NCBI GenBank assembly: GCA_963733565.1 | Contig: CAVTDU010000038.1 | Span: forward strand, 81,466 to 145,465 | Origin: an uncultured Gammaproteobacteria bacterium | Lineage (GTDB): Bacteria; Pseudomonadota; Gammaproteobacteria; Steroidobacterales; Steroidobacteraceae | Length of the DNA stretch: 64,000 nucleotides | Reading direction: 5' to 3' | Shown: piece by piece, positions 60,803-64,000 of the stretch | Numbering within the stretch: position 1 is the stretch's first letter | How the letters are laid out: each line of letters starts with the position of its first letter | The notes under the pieces: generated by a model | The model's input: the letters and a program-made list of their open reading frames with translations, nothing else | What the model was told of the DNA's origin: nothing | Database searches by the model: none | Made by a program: the position numbers and the translations under genes

Positions 60803-63108
60803 CTAGGGATCCGTCCAGATGCGCGCGTGCGCGAGCCGCCATCGCGAGGGTGGATCGAGTGGCAGGCCTGGAATGACGTCGAATTCGATGGCGCCCGAGT
60901 TCGACGTGTGCAGCACTTCCGCCCCGCGAGTCCCGCCATCGCTCGACGATGGCCGGGGCCGGGAATCCCCAGCGATTGCGATGACCTGCCGACACCACGG
61001 CCCAGCGCGGCCGGGTTGCGGCGACGAACCCCGCGCTTGACGACGTGCGGCTGCCGTGATGCGGGACGACGAGGATGTCTGCCGGACCGGACAGCCCAGC
61101 GCTCGAGCAATGTGCTGCTCGGCGAGCTTCTCGACGTCGCCCGTCAGGACGATGAGACGCGGTCCCACGCGTATCGCGAGCACGCACGAGCGATCGTTGT
61201 CGCCGGGCAGCAGCGGCTCGGACGGATGCAGCCAGTCGAAGCGCACTCCGTCCCAGGTCCAGTGCTGCCCGGCCCGACAGGGCTGGACGCGCCCGAGCGG
61301 ATCGAGCGCGCGACCGCTTGCCACCCGCTCCCGCACGCGCAGCAGCTGCGCAACCGACGCGGCTCCCCCGGCGTGATCGTCGTCGTCGTGACTGGCAACC
61401 AGCATGTCGACCGTGCGTACGCCCCGACTGCGCAGGTATGGCTCGACGACGAGCAGGCCCGTGTCGGTACCGCTGCGGAAGGCCGGGCCGGTGTCGTACA
61501 CCAGCACGTGACGACGCGTCTGCACCACGACTGCAAGCCCCTGCCCCACATCCAGCAGCGCGAGGTGGACCGCGCCCGGTGCGGGCGGCGGCGCCCGCCA
61601 GGCCGCCGAGCGCGACGACCATGATCACTCCGGCAACTCGTCCCGGCGCCGGCAACGGCGCGAGCGCCGCGACAGCCCCGGCAACGAGCGCAATCCAGCC
61701 GGCGACCGGCAGGGAGGCGATGCCCCAGGTGGCGTGCAGCCAGCCCGCCGGCGCTTCGATCAGCGGCCAGGTGAACTCGATGAGCGAGGCCACGACTCCC
61801 AGTACTGCCGCACCTGCTGCAGGCGCGACCAGCGTCACGGCCGTTCCGATGAGGATTGCCGGAACGATGACCAGCGTATAGAGCGGAATCGCGGCCGCGT
61901 TCACGACGGCCGATACCAGCGAAACGCTGCCGAATGCGCCTGCAAGCACCGGCACGAGCCCGATCGTCACGGCCATCTGCACGCGCGTGAACCCGGCCAG
62001 GATGCCGGGCTCGCGAACGTGCCCGGTGCCGACGAACAGGATGACCGCTACGGCGACGAAGGACAGCCAGAAGCCCACGGCGAGCGGCGCCAGCGGATCG
62101 AACGCCAGGACTGCAAGCGCGCCGAGCGCGAGCGCGTCGGCCGCTCCGACACGCCGGCGCAGCCGCAGCGCGGCCGCAGCGAGCGCGATCATGATCACGG
62201 TGCGCTGCGTCGGAACCGACCAGCCCGCCAGCAGCGCGTAGCCGAGCGCCGTCAGTGCGCCGACCGCGACCGCTGCATCACGCTGCGTGCCGAGCGCGCC
62301 ACGCCGCTGCCGCCAACGCTGCACGCGCCCCGCCACCCACGCGGCGACCGCCCCGAGCATGCCGATGTGCATGCCCGATATGGCCATCAGGTGACTGGTT
62401 CCGCTGCGGGCCAGCGCACGCCATTGCTCCTGGCTGAGCGCATCCTGCAAGCCGACGGCCAGGCCCGCGACGATCCCGGTCGCGGGTCGCTCGCCGAGCG
62501 CGACGCGGATGCGCGTCGTAGATCTCGCCGCGAGCGACGAGTACCGGCCGCCGCAGCACGTCACGCCAGCGTCGCCCGTCCCTGCTCGCCGTCCTTATGT
62601 AGCCGGTGGCGCCGATGCCTTCCCGCAACAGGCGGGCCTCCTGGTCCATGCCGCCCGGGTTCGAGAATCCGCGCGGTCGGCGCAGGCGCACGTCGAGTTC
62701 GAGCCGCTCGGCAGGCAGCGGCTGCCATTCGGGTTCGTACCACGTGAGCTCGACGATGCGGCGGTATTCCAGCCGCCGGGACAGTAGCGAAGCCGGAAGC
62801 GCACGCCCCCGGAGCGTAACTGCGGCACGGAGGCGACTGTGCCGCGGACCGTTACCGTGCGGCCCTCGAGCGACGGGTCGAGCCTCTCGTTCAACCGTGC
62901 GGAAACGTCCCACCACGCCGCCGCGAATCCCAGCGCAAGCGCGAGGACGGGCCAGGCACGCAGCGCGAGCGCCGACAGCCGTGGCAAGCGCGACGGCCGC
63001 CGCCACCACCTCGCCGCCGGGAAGCTCCGCCAGCAGGAGCAACGCGCAGCAGCCCGCGAGGAATGCACAAGCCGCAGGAACCATCGCCGTCTCCGCGCCG
63101 TCTGCCAC
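60803..63108 (-). CDS. comEC: DNA internalisation competence protein ComEC/Rec2, several apparent frameshifts
   Basis: N-terminal TM/OB region, competence domain (SGTSHLMAISGMHIG...), C-terminal metallo-beta-lactamase domain (ASHDDDDHAGG). Spread over at least four ORF fragments. Confidence 0.8.
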
Positions 63109-63173
63109 AGACAGCAGACTGCACCGCGGATCGCGGCGACTGCGCCGCGCGAATCCGGCGGGTTCGTGCAGAT

Positions 63174-63853
<680 letters not shown>

Positions 63854-63857
<4 letters not shown>

Positions 63858-64000
63858 GTCGCAGTGCCCTCGCCGGATCGGTGCGCGCCGCGCGCCAGGC
63901 GGGATAAAGAGTGGAAAGGCAGCACAGCGCGAACGCCGTCACGGCAATCAGCGCGACGTCGGCGGGCTCGACCCGCGCGGGCAGGTCGCTCATCAGGTAC
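63854..64000 (-). CDS. lipoprotein-releasing system permease LolC/LolE, C-terminal end (5' part outside window)
   Basis: FtsX-type C-terminus ...[19 protein letters not shown] with its stop overlapping the lolD ATG (ATGA). Confidence 0.75.

Noticed and set aside
63905-63935. TGGAAAGGCAG...CAC..GCGC inside the lolC/E coding sequence resembles the conserved 28-nt loop of E6.
   Set aside because: Only an 11-nt exact match, in a region encoding a conserved FtsX C-terminus. Most likely chance.

Overview
High-GC (about two-thirds G+C by eye) core chromosome of a Gram-negative bacterium. Gene content and order look gammaproteobacterial: rne-rluC-maf-yceD-rpmF-plsX as in E. coli, and lolCDE-comEC-exbBD-msbA-lpxK-ycaR-kdsB as in Xanthomonadales-like genomes. 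Nearly everything is housekeeping: relA; sucAB-lpdA; three tRNAs; dapA-gcvR-bcp; phoH2; bepA; mlaABCDEF; an iscR-like regulator followed by sufBCDSUT; putA; sdaA; a lexA-imuA-imuB-dnaE2 SOS mutagenesis cassette; RNase E; and LPS/lipid A genes. I see no transposase, integrase, CRISPR array, phage genes or recognisable defence island. Product calls rest on motifs I recognise in the ORF translations and on synteny; no searches were run. Two things stand out. (1) There is a set of long imperfect palindromic repeat elements. Four are built from 7-nt TAG-containing words around a GC-rich apex palindrome with REP-like GTAG/CTAC heads (2765-2949, 32292-32471, 40415-40550, 43224-43466). One is built from GGGGACATT words (41130-41250). 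One is a twin hairpin with identical 28-nt loops and compensated stems (60569-60779). Three of the six lie in the 6.7-kb SOS mutagenesis cassette, and two of those interrupt the imuB and dnaE2 coding sequences. Clean removal of either one puts the conserved downstream protein sequence back in frame. This is the best candidate for something undescribed. (2) About 35 single-base frameshifts split otherwise intact, often essential genes (lpxK, dapA, sucA, sufBCDS, lpdA and others). I read these as sequencing or assembly indels, not pseudogenes, and I gave each split gene one coordinate span across its fragments.
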